From assembly GCF_009914755.1 (NCBI RefSeq), contig NC_060926.1: a DNA stretch of 64,000 nt, one strand, 5' to 3'. The position numbers and the translations under genes were made by a program. Origin of the DNA: the human T2T-CHM13v2.0 reference genome, Homo sapiens. The notes below the pieces were generated by a model, which was given only the letters and a program-made list of their open reading frames with translations, was not told the DNA's origin and ran no database searches. Positions 51,389-62,800 of this stretch are shown in pieces; position 1 is the stretch's first letter, and every line of letters starts with the position of its first letter.

Positions 51389-54300
51389 CATTCTCAGAAT
51401 CTTATTTGTGATGTGCGCCCTCAACTAACAGTGTTGAAGCTTTCTTTTGATAGAGCAGTTTTGAAACACTCTTTTCGTAAAATCTGCAAGAGGATATTTG
51501 GATAGCTTTGAGGATTTCGTTGGAAACGGGATTGTCTTCATATAAACTCTAGACAGAAGCATTCTCAGAAGCTTCATTGGGATGTTTCAATTGAAGTCAC
51601 AGTGTTGAACAGTCCCTTTCATAGAGCAGGTTTGAAACACTCTTTTTGTAGTATCTGGATGTGGACATTTGGAGCGCTTTCAGGCCTATGGTTTAAAAGG
51701 AAATATCTTCCCCTGAAAACTAGACAGAAGCATTCTCAGAAACTTATTTGTGATGTGCGCCCTCAACTAACAGTGTTGAAGCATTCTTTTGATAGAGCAG
51801 TTTTGAAACACTCTTTTTGTGGAATCTGCAAGTGGATATTTGTCTAGCTTTGAGGATTTCGTTGGAAACGGGATTACATATAAAAAGCAGACAGCAGCAT
51901 TCCCAGAAACTTCTTTGTGATGTTTGCATTCAAGTCACAGAGTTGAACATTCCCTTTTATAGAGCAGGTTTGAAACACTCTTTTTGTAGTATCTGGATGT
52001 GGACATTTGGAGCGCTTTCAGGCCTATGGTGAAAAAGGAAATATCTTCCCCTGAAAACTAGACAGAAGCATTCTCAGAAACTTATTTGTGATGTGCGCCC
52101 TCAACTAACAGTGTTGAACCTTTCTTTTGATAGAGCAGTTTTGAAACACACTTTTTGTAATATCTGCAAGAGGATATTTGGATAGCTTTGAGGATTTCTT
52201 TGGAAACGGGATTGTCTTCATATAAACTGTAGACAGAAGCATTCTCAGAAGCTTCATTGGGATGTTTCAATTGAAGTCACAGTGTTGAACAGTCCCTTTC
52301 ATAGAGCAGGTTTGAAACACTCTTTTTGTAGTATCTGGAAGTGGACATTTGGAGAGATCTCAGGAATACGGTGATAAAGGAAATATCTTCCAATAAAAGC
52401 TAGATAGAAGCAATGTCAGAAATTTTTCATGATGTATCTACTCAGCTAACAGAGTTGAACCTTTCTTTTGAGAGAGCAGTTTTGAAACACTCTTTTTGTG
52501 GAATCTGCAAGTGGATATTTGTCTAGCTTTGAGGATTTCGTTGGAAACGGGATTACATATAAAAAGCAGACTGCAGCATTCCCAGTAACTTCTTTGTGGT
52601 GTTTGCATTCAAGTCACAGAGTTGAACATTCCCTTTCATAGAGCAGGTTTGAAACACTGTTTTTGTAGTATCTGGATGTGGACATTTGGAGCGCTTTCAG
52701 GCCTATGGTGAAAAAGGAAATATCTTCCCCTGAAAACTAGACAGAAGCATTCTCAGAATCTTATTTGTGATGTGCGCCCTCAACTAACAGTGTTGAAGCT
52801 TTCTTTTGATAGAGCAGTTTTGAAACACTCTTTTTGTAAAATCTGCAAGAGGATATTTGGATAGCTTTGAGGATTTCGTTGGAAACGGGATTGTCTTCAT
52901 ATAAACTCCAGACAGAAGCATTCTCAGAAGCTTCATTGGGATGTTTCAGTTGAAGTCACAGTGTTGAACAGTCCCTTTCATAGAGCAGGTTTGAAACACT
53001 CTTTTTGTAGTATCTGGAAGTGGACATTTGGAGCGCTCTCAGGACTGCGGTGAAAAAGGAAATATCTTCCAATAAAAGCTAGATAGAAGCAATGTCAGAA
53101 ACTTTTTCATGATGTATCTACTCAGCTAACAGAGTTGAACCTTCCTTTGAGAGAGCAGTTTTGAAACACTCTTTTTGTGGAATCTGCAAGTGGATATTTG
53201 TCTAGCTTTGAGGATTTCGTTGGAAACGGGATTACATGTAAAAAGCAGACAGCAGCATTCCCAGAAACTACTTTGTGATGTTTGCATTCAAGTCACACAG
53301 TTGAACATTCCCTTTCATAGAGCAGGTTTGAAACACTCTTTTTGTAGTATCTGGATGTGGACATTTGGAGCGCTTTCAGGTCTATGGTGAAAAAGGAAAT
53401 ATCTTCCCCTGAAAACTAGACAGAAGCATTCTCAGAAACTTATTTGTGATGTGCGGCCTCAACTAACACTGTTGAACCTTTCTTTTGATAGAGAAGTTTT
53501 GAAACACTCTTTTTGTAATATCTGCAAGAGGATATTTGGATAGATTTGAGGATTTCGTTGGAAACGGGATTGTCTTCATATAAACTCTAGACAGAAGCAT
53601 TCTCAGAAGCTTCATTGGGATGTTTCAATTGAAGTCACAGTGTTGAACAGTCCCTTTCATAGAGCAGGTTTGAAACACTCTTTTTGTAGTATCTGGAAGT
53701 GGACATTTCGAGAGATCTCAGGAATACGGTGATAAAGGAAATATCTTCCAATAAAAGCTAGATAGAAGCAATGTCAGAAACTTTTTCATGACGTATCTAC
53801 TCAGCTAACAGAGTTGAACCTTTCTTTTGAGAGAGCAGTTTTGAAACACTCTTTTTGTGGAATCTGCAAGTGGATATTTGTCTAGCTTTGAGGATTTCGT
53901 TGGAAACGGGATTACATATAAAAAGCAGACAGCAGCATTCCCAGAAACTTCTTTGTGAAGTTTGCATTGAAGTCACAGAGTTGAACATTCCCTTTCATAC
54001 AGCAGGTTTGAAACACTCTTTTTGTAGTATCTGTATGTGGACATTTGGAGCGCTTTCAGGCCTATGGTGAAAAAGGAAATATCTTCCCCTGAAAACTAGA
54101 CAGAAGCATTCTCAGAAACTTATTTGTGATGTGCGCCCTCAACTAACAGTGTTGAAGCTTTCTTTTGATAGAGCAGTTTTGAAACACTCTTTTTGTAATA
54201 TCTGCAAGAGGATATTTGGATAGCTTTGAGGATTTCGTTGGAAACGGGATTGTCTTCATATAAACTCTAGACAGAAGCATTCTCAGAAGCTTCATTGGGA

Positions 54301-57300
54301 TGTTTCAATTGAAGTCACAGTGTTGAACAGTCCCTTTCATAGAGCAGGTTTGAAACACTCTTTTTGTAGTATCTGGAAGTGGACATTTGGAGCGCTCTCA
54401 GGACTGCGGTGAAAAAGGAAATATCTTCCAATAAAAGCTACATAGAAGCAATGTCAGAATCTTTTTCATGATGTGTCTACTCAGCTAACAGAGTTGAACC
54501 TTCCTTTGAGAGAGCAGTTTTGAAACACTCTTTTTGTGGAATCTGCAAGTGGATATTTGTCTAGCTTTGAGGATTTCGTTGGAAACGGGATTACATATAA
54601 AAAGCAGACAGCAGCATTCCCAGAAACTTCTTTGTGATATTTGCATTCAAGTCACAGAGTTGAACATTCCCTTTCATAGAGCAGGTTTGAAACACTGTTT
54701 TTGTAGTATCTGGATGTGGACATTTGGAGCGCTTTCAGGCCTATGGTGAAAACGGAAATATCTTCCCCTGAAAACTAGACAGAAGCATTCTCAGAATCTT
54801 ATTTGTGATGTGCGCCCTCAACTAACAGTGTTGAAGCTTTCTTTTCATAGAGCAGTTTTGAAACACTCTTTTTGTAAAATCTGCAGGAGGATATTTGGAT
54901 AGCTTTGAGGATTTCGTTGGAAACGGGATTGTCTTCATATAAACTCTAGACAGAAGCATTCTCAGAAGCTTCATTGGGATGATTCAGTTGAAGTCACAGT
55001 GTTGAACAGTCCCTTTCATAGAGCAGGTTTGAAACACTCTTTTTGTAGTATCTGGAAGTGGACATTTGGAGTGCTCTCAGGACTGCGGTGAAAAAGGAAG
55101 TATCTTCCAATAAAAGCTACATAGAAGCAATGTCAGAAACTTTTTCGTGAAGTATCTACTCAGCTAACAGAGTTGAACCTTTCTTTTGAGAGAGCAGTTT
55201 TGAAACACTCTTTTTGTGGAATCTGCAAGTGGATATTTGTCTAGCTTTGAGGATTTCGTTGGAAACGGGATTACATATAAAAAGCAGAGAGCAGCATTCC
55301 CAGAAACTTCTTTGTGATGTTTGCATTCAAGTCACAGAGTTGAACATTCCCTTTCATAGAGCAGGTTTGAAACACTCTTTTTGTAGTATCTGGATGTGGA
55401 CATTTGGAGCGCTTTCAGCCCTATGGTGAAAAAGGAAATATCTTCTCCTGAAAACTAGACAGAAGCATTCTCAGAATCCTATTTGTGATGTGCGCCCTCA
55501 ACTAACAGTGTTGAAGCTTTCTTTTGATAGAGCAGTTTTGAAACACTCTTTTCGTAAAATCTGCAAGAGGATATTTTGATAGCTTTGAGGATTTCGTTGG
55601 AAACGGGATTGTCTTCATATAAACTCTAGACAGAAGCATTCTCAGAAGCTTCATTGGGATGTTTCAATTGAAGTCACAGTGTTGAACAGTCCCTTTGATA
55701 GAGCAGGTTTGAAACACTCTTTTTGTAGTATCTGGAAGTGGATATTTGGAGAGATCTCAGGAATACGGTGATAAAGGAAATATCTTCCAATAAAAGCTAG
55801 ATAGAAGCAATGTCAGAAACTTTTTCATGATGTATCTACTCAGCTAAAAGAGTTGAACCTTTCTTTTGAAAGAGCAGTTTTGAAACACTCTTTTTGTGGA
55901 ATCTGCAAGTGGATATTTGTCTAGCTTTGAGGATTTCGTTGGAAACGGGATTACATATAAAAAGCAGACAGCAGCATTCCCAGAAACTTCTTTGTGAAGT
56001 TTGCATTCAAGTCACAGAGTTGAACATTCCCTTTCATAGAGCAGGTTTGAAACACTCTTTTTGTAGTATCTGTATGTGGACATTTGCAGCGCTTTCAGGC
56101 CTATGGTGAAAAAGGAAATATCTTCCCCTGAAAACTAGACAGAAGCATTCTCAGAATCTTATTTGTGATGTGCGCCCTCAACTAACAGTGTTGAAGCTTT
56201 CTTTTGATAGAGCAGTTTTGAAACACTCTTTTTGTAAAATCTGCAAGAGGATATTTGGATAGCTTTGAGGTTTTCGTTGGAAACGGGATTGTCTTCATAT
56301 AAACTCTAGACAGAAGCATTCTCAGAAGCTTCATTGGGATGTTTCAATTGAAGTCACAGTGTTGAACAGTCCCTTTCATAGAGCAAGTTTGAAACACTCT
56401 TTTTGTAGTATCTGGAAGTGGACATTTGGAGCGCTCTCAGGACTATGGTGAAAAAGGGAGTATCTTCCAATAAAAGCTAGATAGAAGCAATGTCAGAAAC
56501 TTTTTCATGATGTATCTACTCAGCTAACAGAGTTGAACCTTTCTTTTGAGAGAGCAGTTTTGAAACACTCTTTTTGTGGAATCTGCAAGTGGATATTTTT
56601 CTAGCTTTGAGGATTTCGTTGGAAACGGGATTACATATAAAAAGCAGACAGCAGCATTCCCAGAAACTTCTTTGTGATGTTTGCATTCAAGTCACACAGT
56701 TGAACATTCCCTTTCATAGAGCAGGTTTGAAACACTCTTTTTGTAGTATCTGGATGTGGACATTTGGAGCGCTTTCAGGCCTATGGTGAAAAAGGAAATA
56801 TCTTCCCCTGAAAACTAGACAGAAGCATTCTCAGAAACTTATTTGTGATGTGCGCCCTCAACTAACAGTGTTGAACCTTTCTTTTGATAGAGCAGTTTTG
56901 AAACACCCTTTTTGTAAAATCTGCAAGAGGATATTTGGATAGCTTTGAGGATTTCGTTGGAAACGGGATTGTCTTCATATAAACTCTAGACAGAAGCATT
57001 CTCAGAAGCTTCATTGGGATGTTTCAATTGAAGTCACAGTGTTGAACAGTCCCTTTCATAGAGCAGGTTTGAAACACTCTTTTTGTAGTATCTGGAAGTG
57101 GACATTTGGAGAGATCTCAGGAATACGGTGATAAAGGAAATATCTTCCAATAAAAGCTAGATAGAAGCAATGTCAGACACTTTTTCATGATGTATCTAAT
57201 CAGCTAACAGAGTTGAACCTTTCTTTTGAGAGAGCAGTTTTGAAACACTCTTTTTGTGGAATCTGCAAGTGGATATAAGTCTAGCTTTGAGGATTTCGTT

Positions 57301-57839
57301 GGAAACGGGATTACATATAAAAAGCAGACAGCAGCATTCCCAGAAACTTCTTTGTGATGTTTGCATTCAAGTCACACAGTTGAACATTCCCTTTCATAGA
57401 GCAGGTTTGAAACACTCTTTTTGTAGTATCTGGATGTGGACATTTGGAGCGCTTTCAGGTCTATGGTGAAAAAGGAAATATCTTCCCCTGAAAACTAGAC
57501 AGAAGCATTCTCAGAAACTTATTTGTGATGTGCGCCCTCAACTAACAGTGTTGAACCTTTCTTTTGATAGATCAGTTTTGAAACACTCTTTTTGTAATAT
57601 CTGCAAGAGGATATTTGGATAGCTTTGAGGATTTCGTTGGAAACGGGATTGTCTTCATATAAACTCTAGACAGAAGCATTCTCAGAAGCTTCATTGGGAT
57701 GTTTCAATTGAAGTCACAGTGTTGAACAGTCCCTTTCATAGAGCAGGTTTGAAACACTCTTTTTGTAGTATCTGGAAGTGGACATTTGGAGAGATCTCAG
57801 GAATACGGTGATAAAGGAAATATCTTCCAATAAAAGCTA

Positions 57840-59870
57840 GATAGAAGCAATGTCAGAAACTTTTTCATGATGTACCTACTCAGCTAACAGAGTTGAACCT
57901 TTCTTTTGAGAGAGCAGTTTTGAAACACTCTTTTTGTGGAATCTGCAAGTGGATATTTGTCTAGTTTTGAGGATTTCGTTGGAAACGGGATTACATATAA
58001 AAAGCAGACAGCAGCATTCCCAGAAACTTCTTTGTGAAGTCTGCATTCAAGTCACAGAGTTGAACATTCCCTTTCATAGAGCAGGTTTGAAACACTCTTT
58101 TTGTAGTATCTGTATGTGGACATTTGCAGCGCTTTCAGGCCTATGGTGAAAAAGGAAATATCTTCCCCTGAAAACTAGGCAGAAGCATTCTCAGAATCTT
58201 ATTTGTGATGTGCGCCCTCAACTAACAGTGTTGAAGCTTTCTTTTGATAGAGCAGTTTTGAAACACTCTTTTTGTAAAATCTGCAAGAGGATATTTGGAT
58301 AGCTTTGAGGATTTCGTTGGAAACGGGATTGTCTTCATATAAACTCTAGACAGAAGCATTCTCAGAAGCTTCATTGGGATGTTTCAATTGAAGTCACAGT
58401 GTTGAACAGTCCCTTTCATAGAGCAGGTTTGAAACACTCTTTTTGTAGTATCTGGAAGTGGACATTTGGAGCGCTCTCAGGACTACGGTGAAAAAGGAAG
58501 TATCTTCCAATAAAAGCTAGATAGAAGCAATGTCAGAAACTTTTTCATGATGTATCTACTCAGCTAACAGAGTTGAACCTTTCTTTTGAGAGAGCAGTTT
58601 TGAAACACTCTTTTTGTGGAATCTGCAAGTGGATATTTTTCTAGCTTTGAGGATTTCGTTGGAAACGGGATTACATATAAAAAGCAGACAGCAGCATTCC
58701 CAGAAACTTCTTTGTGATGTTTGCATTCAAGTCACACAGTTGAACATTCCCTTTCATAGAGCAGGTTTGAAACACTCTTTTTGTAGTATCTGGATGTGGA
58801 CATTTGGAGCGCTTTCAGGTCTATGGTGAAAAAGGAAATATCTTCCCCTGAAAACTAGACAGAAGCATTCTCAGAAACTTATTTGTGATGTGCGCCCTCA
58901 ACTAACAGTGTTGAACCTTTCTTTTGATAGAGCAGTTTTGAAACACCCTTTTTGTAAAATCTGCAAGAGGATATTTGGATAGCTTTGAGGATTTCGTTGG
59001 AAACGGGATTGTCTTCATATAAACCCTAGACAGAAGCATTCTCAGAAGCTTCATTGGGATGTTTCAATTGAAGTCACAGTGTTGAACAGTCCCTTTCATA
59101 GAGCAGGTTTGAAACACTCTTTTTGTAGTATCTGGAAGTGGACATTTGGAGAGATCTCAGGAATACGGTGATAAAGGAAATATCTTCCAATAAAAGCTAG
59201 ATAGAAGCAATGTCAGAAACTTTTTCATGATGTACCTACTCAGCTAACAGAGTTGAACCTTTCTTTTGAGAGAGCAGTTTTGAAACACTCTTTTTGTGGA
59301 ATCTGCAAGTGGATATTTGTCTAGTTTTGAGGATTTCGTTGGAAACGGGATTACATATAAAAAGCAGACAGCAGCATTCCCAGAAACTTCTTTGTGAAGT
59401 CTGCATTCAAGTCACAGAGTTGAACATTCCCTTTCATAGAGCAGGTTTGAAACACTCTTTTTGTAGTATCTGTATGTGGACATTTGCAGCGCTTTCAGGC
59501 CTATGGTGACAAAGGAAATATCTTCCCCTGAAAACTAGGCAGAAGCATTCTCAGAATCTTATTTGTGATGTGCGCCCTCAACTAACAGTGTTGAAGCTTT
59601 CTTTTGATAGAGCAGTTTTGAAACACTCTTTTTGTAAAATCTGCAAGAGGATATTTGGATAGCTTTGAGGATTTCGTTGGAAACGGGATTGTCTTCATAT
59701 AAACTCTAGACAGAAGCATTCTCAGAAGCTTCATTGGGATGTTTCAATTGAAGTCACAGTGTTGAACAGTCCTTTTCATAGAGCAGGTTTGAAACACTCT
59801 TTTTGTAGTATCTGGAAGTGGACATTTGGAGCGCTCTCAGGACTACGGTGAAAAAGGAAGTATCTTCCAA
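57840..59870 (+). repeat. Local repeat with 2-HOR (1360-bp) period
   Basis: TACCTACT, CTAGTTTTGA, GAAGTCTG and CTAGGCAG co-occur in the units at ORFs 57934 and 59294. Confidence 0.82.
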
Positions 59871-62800
59871 TAAAAGCTAGCTAGAAGCAATGTCAGAAAC
59901 TTTTTCATGATGTATCTACTCAGCTAACAGAGTTGAACCTTTCTTTTGAGAGAGCAGTTTTGAAACACTCTTTTTGTGGAATCTGCAAGTGGATATTTGT
60001 CTAGCTTTGAGGATTTCGTTGGAAACGGGATTACATATAAAAAGGAGACAGCAGCATTCCCAGAAACTTCTTTGTGATGTTTGCATTCAAGTCACACAGT
60101 TGAACATTCCCTTTCATAGAGCAGGTTTGAAACAATCTTTTTGTAGTATCTGGATGTGGACATTTGGAGCGCTTTCAGGCCTATGTTGAAAAAGGAAATA
60201 TCTTCCCCTGAAAAGTAGACAGAAGCATTCTCAGAATCTTATTTGTGATGTGCGCCCTCAACTAACAGTGTTGAAGCTTTCTTTTGATAGAGCAGTTTTG
60301 AAACACTCTTTTTGTAAAATCTGCAAGAGGATATTTGGATAGCTTTGAGGATTTCTTTGGAAACGGGATTGTCTTCATATAAACTCTAGACAGAAGCATT
60401 CTCAGAAGCTTCATTGGGATGTTTCAATTGAAGTCACAGTGTTGAACAGTCCCTTTCATAGAGCAGGTTTGAAACACTCTTTTTGTAGTATCTGGATGTG
60501 GACATTTGGAGCGCTTTCAGGCCTATGGTGAAAAAGGAAATATCTTCCCCTGAAAACTAGACAGAAGCATTCTCAGAAACTTATTTGTGATGTGCGCCCT
60601 CAACTAACAGTGTTGAAGCTTTCTTTTGATAGAGCAGTTTTGAAACACTCTTTTTGTGGAATCTGCACGTGGATATTTGTCTAGCTTTGAGGATTTCGTT
60701 GGAAACGGGATTACATATAAAAAGCAGACAGCAGCATTTCCAGAATCTTCTTTGTGATGTTTGCATTCAAGTCACAGAGTTGAACATTCCCTTTCATAGA
60801 GCAGGTTTGAAACACTCTTTTTATAGTATCTGGATGTGGACATTTGGAGCGCTTTCAGGCCTATGGTGAAAAAGGAAATATATTCTCCTGAAAACTAGAC
60901 AGAAGCATTCTCAGAATCTTATTTGTGATGTGCGCCCTCAACTAACAGTGTTGAAGCTTTCTTTTGATAGAGCAGTTTTGAAACACTCTTTTTGTAAAAT
61001 CTGCAAGAGGATATTTGGATAGCTTTGAGGATTTCGTTGGAAACGGGATTGTCTTCATATAAACTCTAGACAGAAGCATTCTCAGAAGCTTCATTGGGAT
61101 GTTTCAATTGAAGTCACAGTGTTGAACAGTCCCTTTCATAGAGCAGGTTTGAAACACTCTTTTTGTAGTATCTGGAAGTGGACATTTGGAGCGCTCTCAG
61201 GACTACGGTGAAAAAGGAAGTATCTTCCAATAAAAGCTAGATAGAAGCAATGTCAGAAACTTTTTCATGATGTATCTACTCAGCAAACAGAGTTGAACCT
61301 TTCTTTTGAGAGAGCAGTTTTGAAACACTCTTTTTGTGGAATCTGCAAGTGGATATTTGTCCAGCTTTGAGGATTTCGTTGGAAACGGGATTACATATAA
61401 AAAGCAGACAGCAGCATTCCCAGAAACTTCTTTGTGATGTTTGCATTCAAGTCACACAGTTGAACATTCCCTTTCATAGAGCAGGTTTGAAACACTCTTT
61501 TTGTAGTATCTGGATGTGGACATTTGGAGCGCTTTCAGGTCTATGGTGAAAAAGGAAATATCTTCCCCTGAAAACTAGACAGAAGCATTCTCAGAAACTT
61601 ATTTGTGATGTGCGCCCTCAACTAACACTGTTGAACCTTTCTTTTGATAGAGCAGTTTTGAAACACTCTTTTTGTAATATCTGCAAGAGGATATTTGGAT
61701 AGCTTTGAGGATTTCGTTGGAAACGGGATTGTCTTCATATAAACTCTAGACAGAAGCATTCTCAGAAGCTTCATTGGGATGTTTCAATTGAAGTCACAGT
61801 GTTGAACAGTCCCTTTCATAGAGCACGTTTGAAACACTCTTTTTGTAGTATCTGGAAGTGGACATTTGGAGAGATCTCAGGAATACGGTGATAAAGGAAA
61901 TATCTTCCAATAAAAGCTAGATAGAAGCAATGTCAGAAACTTTTTCATGATGTATCTACTCAGCTAACAGAGTTGAACCTTTCTTTTGAGAGAGCAGTTT
62001 TGAAACACTCTTTTTGTGGAATCTGCAAGTGGATATTTGTCTAGCTTTGAGGATTTCGTTGGAAACGGGATTACATATAAAAAGCAGACAGCAGCATTCC
62101 CAGAAACTTCTTTGTGAAGTTTGCATTCAAGTCACAGAGTTGAACATTTCCTTTCATAGAGCAGGTTTGAAACACTCTTTTTGTAGTATCTGTATGTGGA
62201 CATTTGGAGCGCTTTCAGGCCTATGGTGAAAAAGGAAATATCTTCCCCTGAAAACTAGACAGAAGCATTCTCAGAATCTTATTTGTGATGTGCGCCCTCA
62301 ACTAACAGTGTTGAAGCTTTCTTTTGATAGAGCAGTTTTGAAACACTCTTTTTGTAAAATCTGCAAGAGGATATTTGGATAGCTTTGAGGATTTCGTTGG
62401 AAACGGGATTGTCTTCATATAAACTCCAGACAGAAGCATTCTCAGAATCTTCATTGGGATGTTTCAGTTGAAGTCACAGTGTTGAACAGTCCCTTTCATA
62501 GAGCAGGTTTGAAACACTCTTTTTGTAGTATCTGGAAGTGGACATTTGGAGCGCTCTCAGGACTGCGGTGAAAAAGGAAATATCTTCCAATAAAAGCTAG
62601 ATAGAAGCAATGTCAGAAACTTTCTCATGATGTATCTACTCAGCTAACAGAGTTGAACCTTCCTTTGAGAGAGCAGTTTTGAAACACTCTTTTTGTAGAA
62701 TCTGCAAGTGGATATTTGTCTAGCTTTGAGGATTTCGTTGGAAACGGGATTACATATAAAAAGCAGACAGCAGCATTCCCAGAAACTTCTTTGTGATGTT

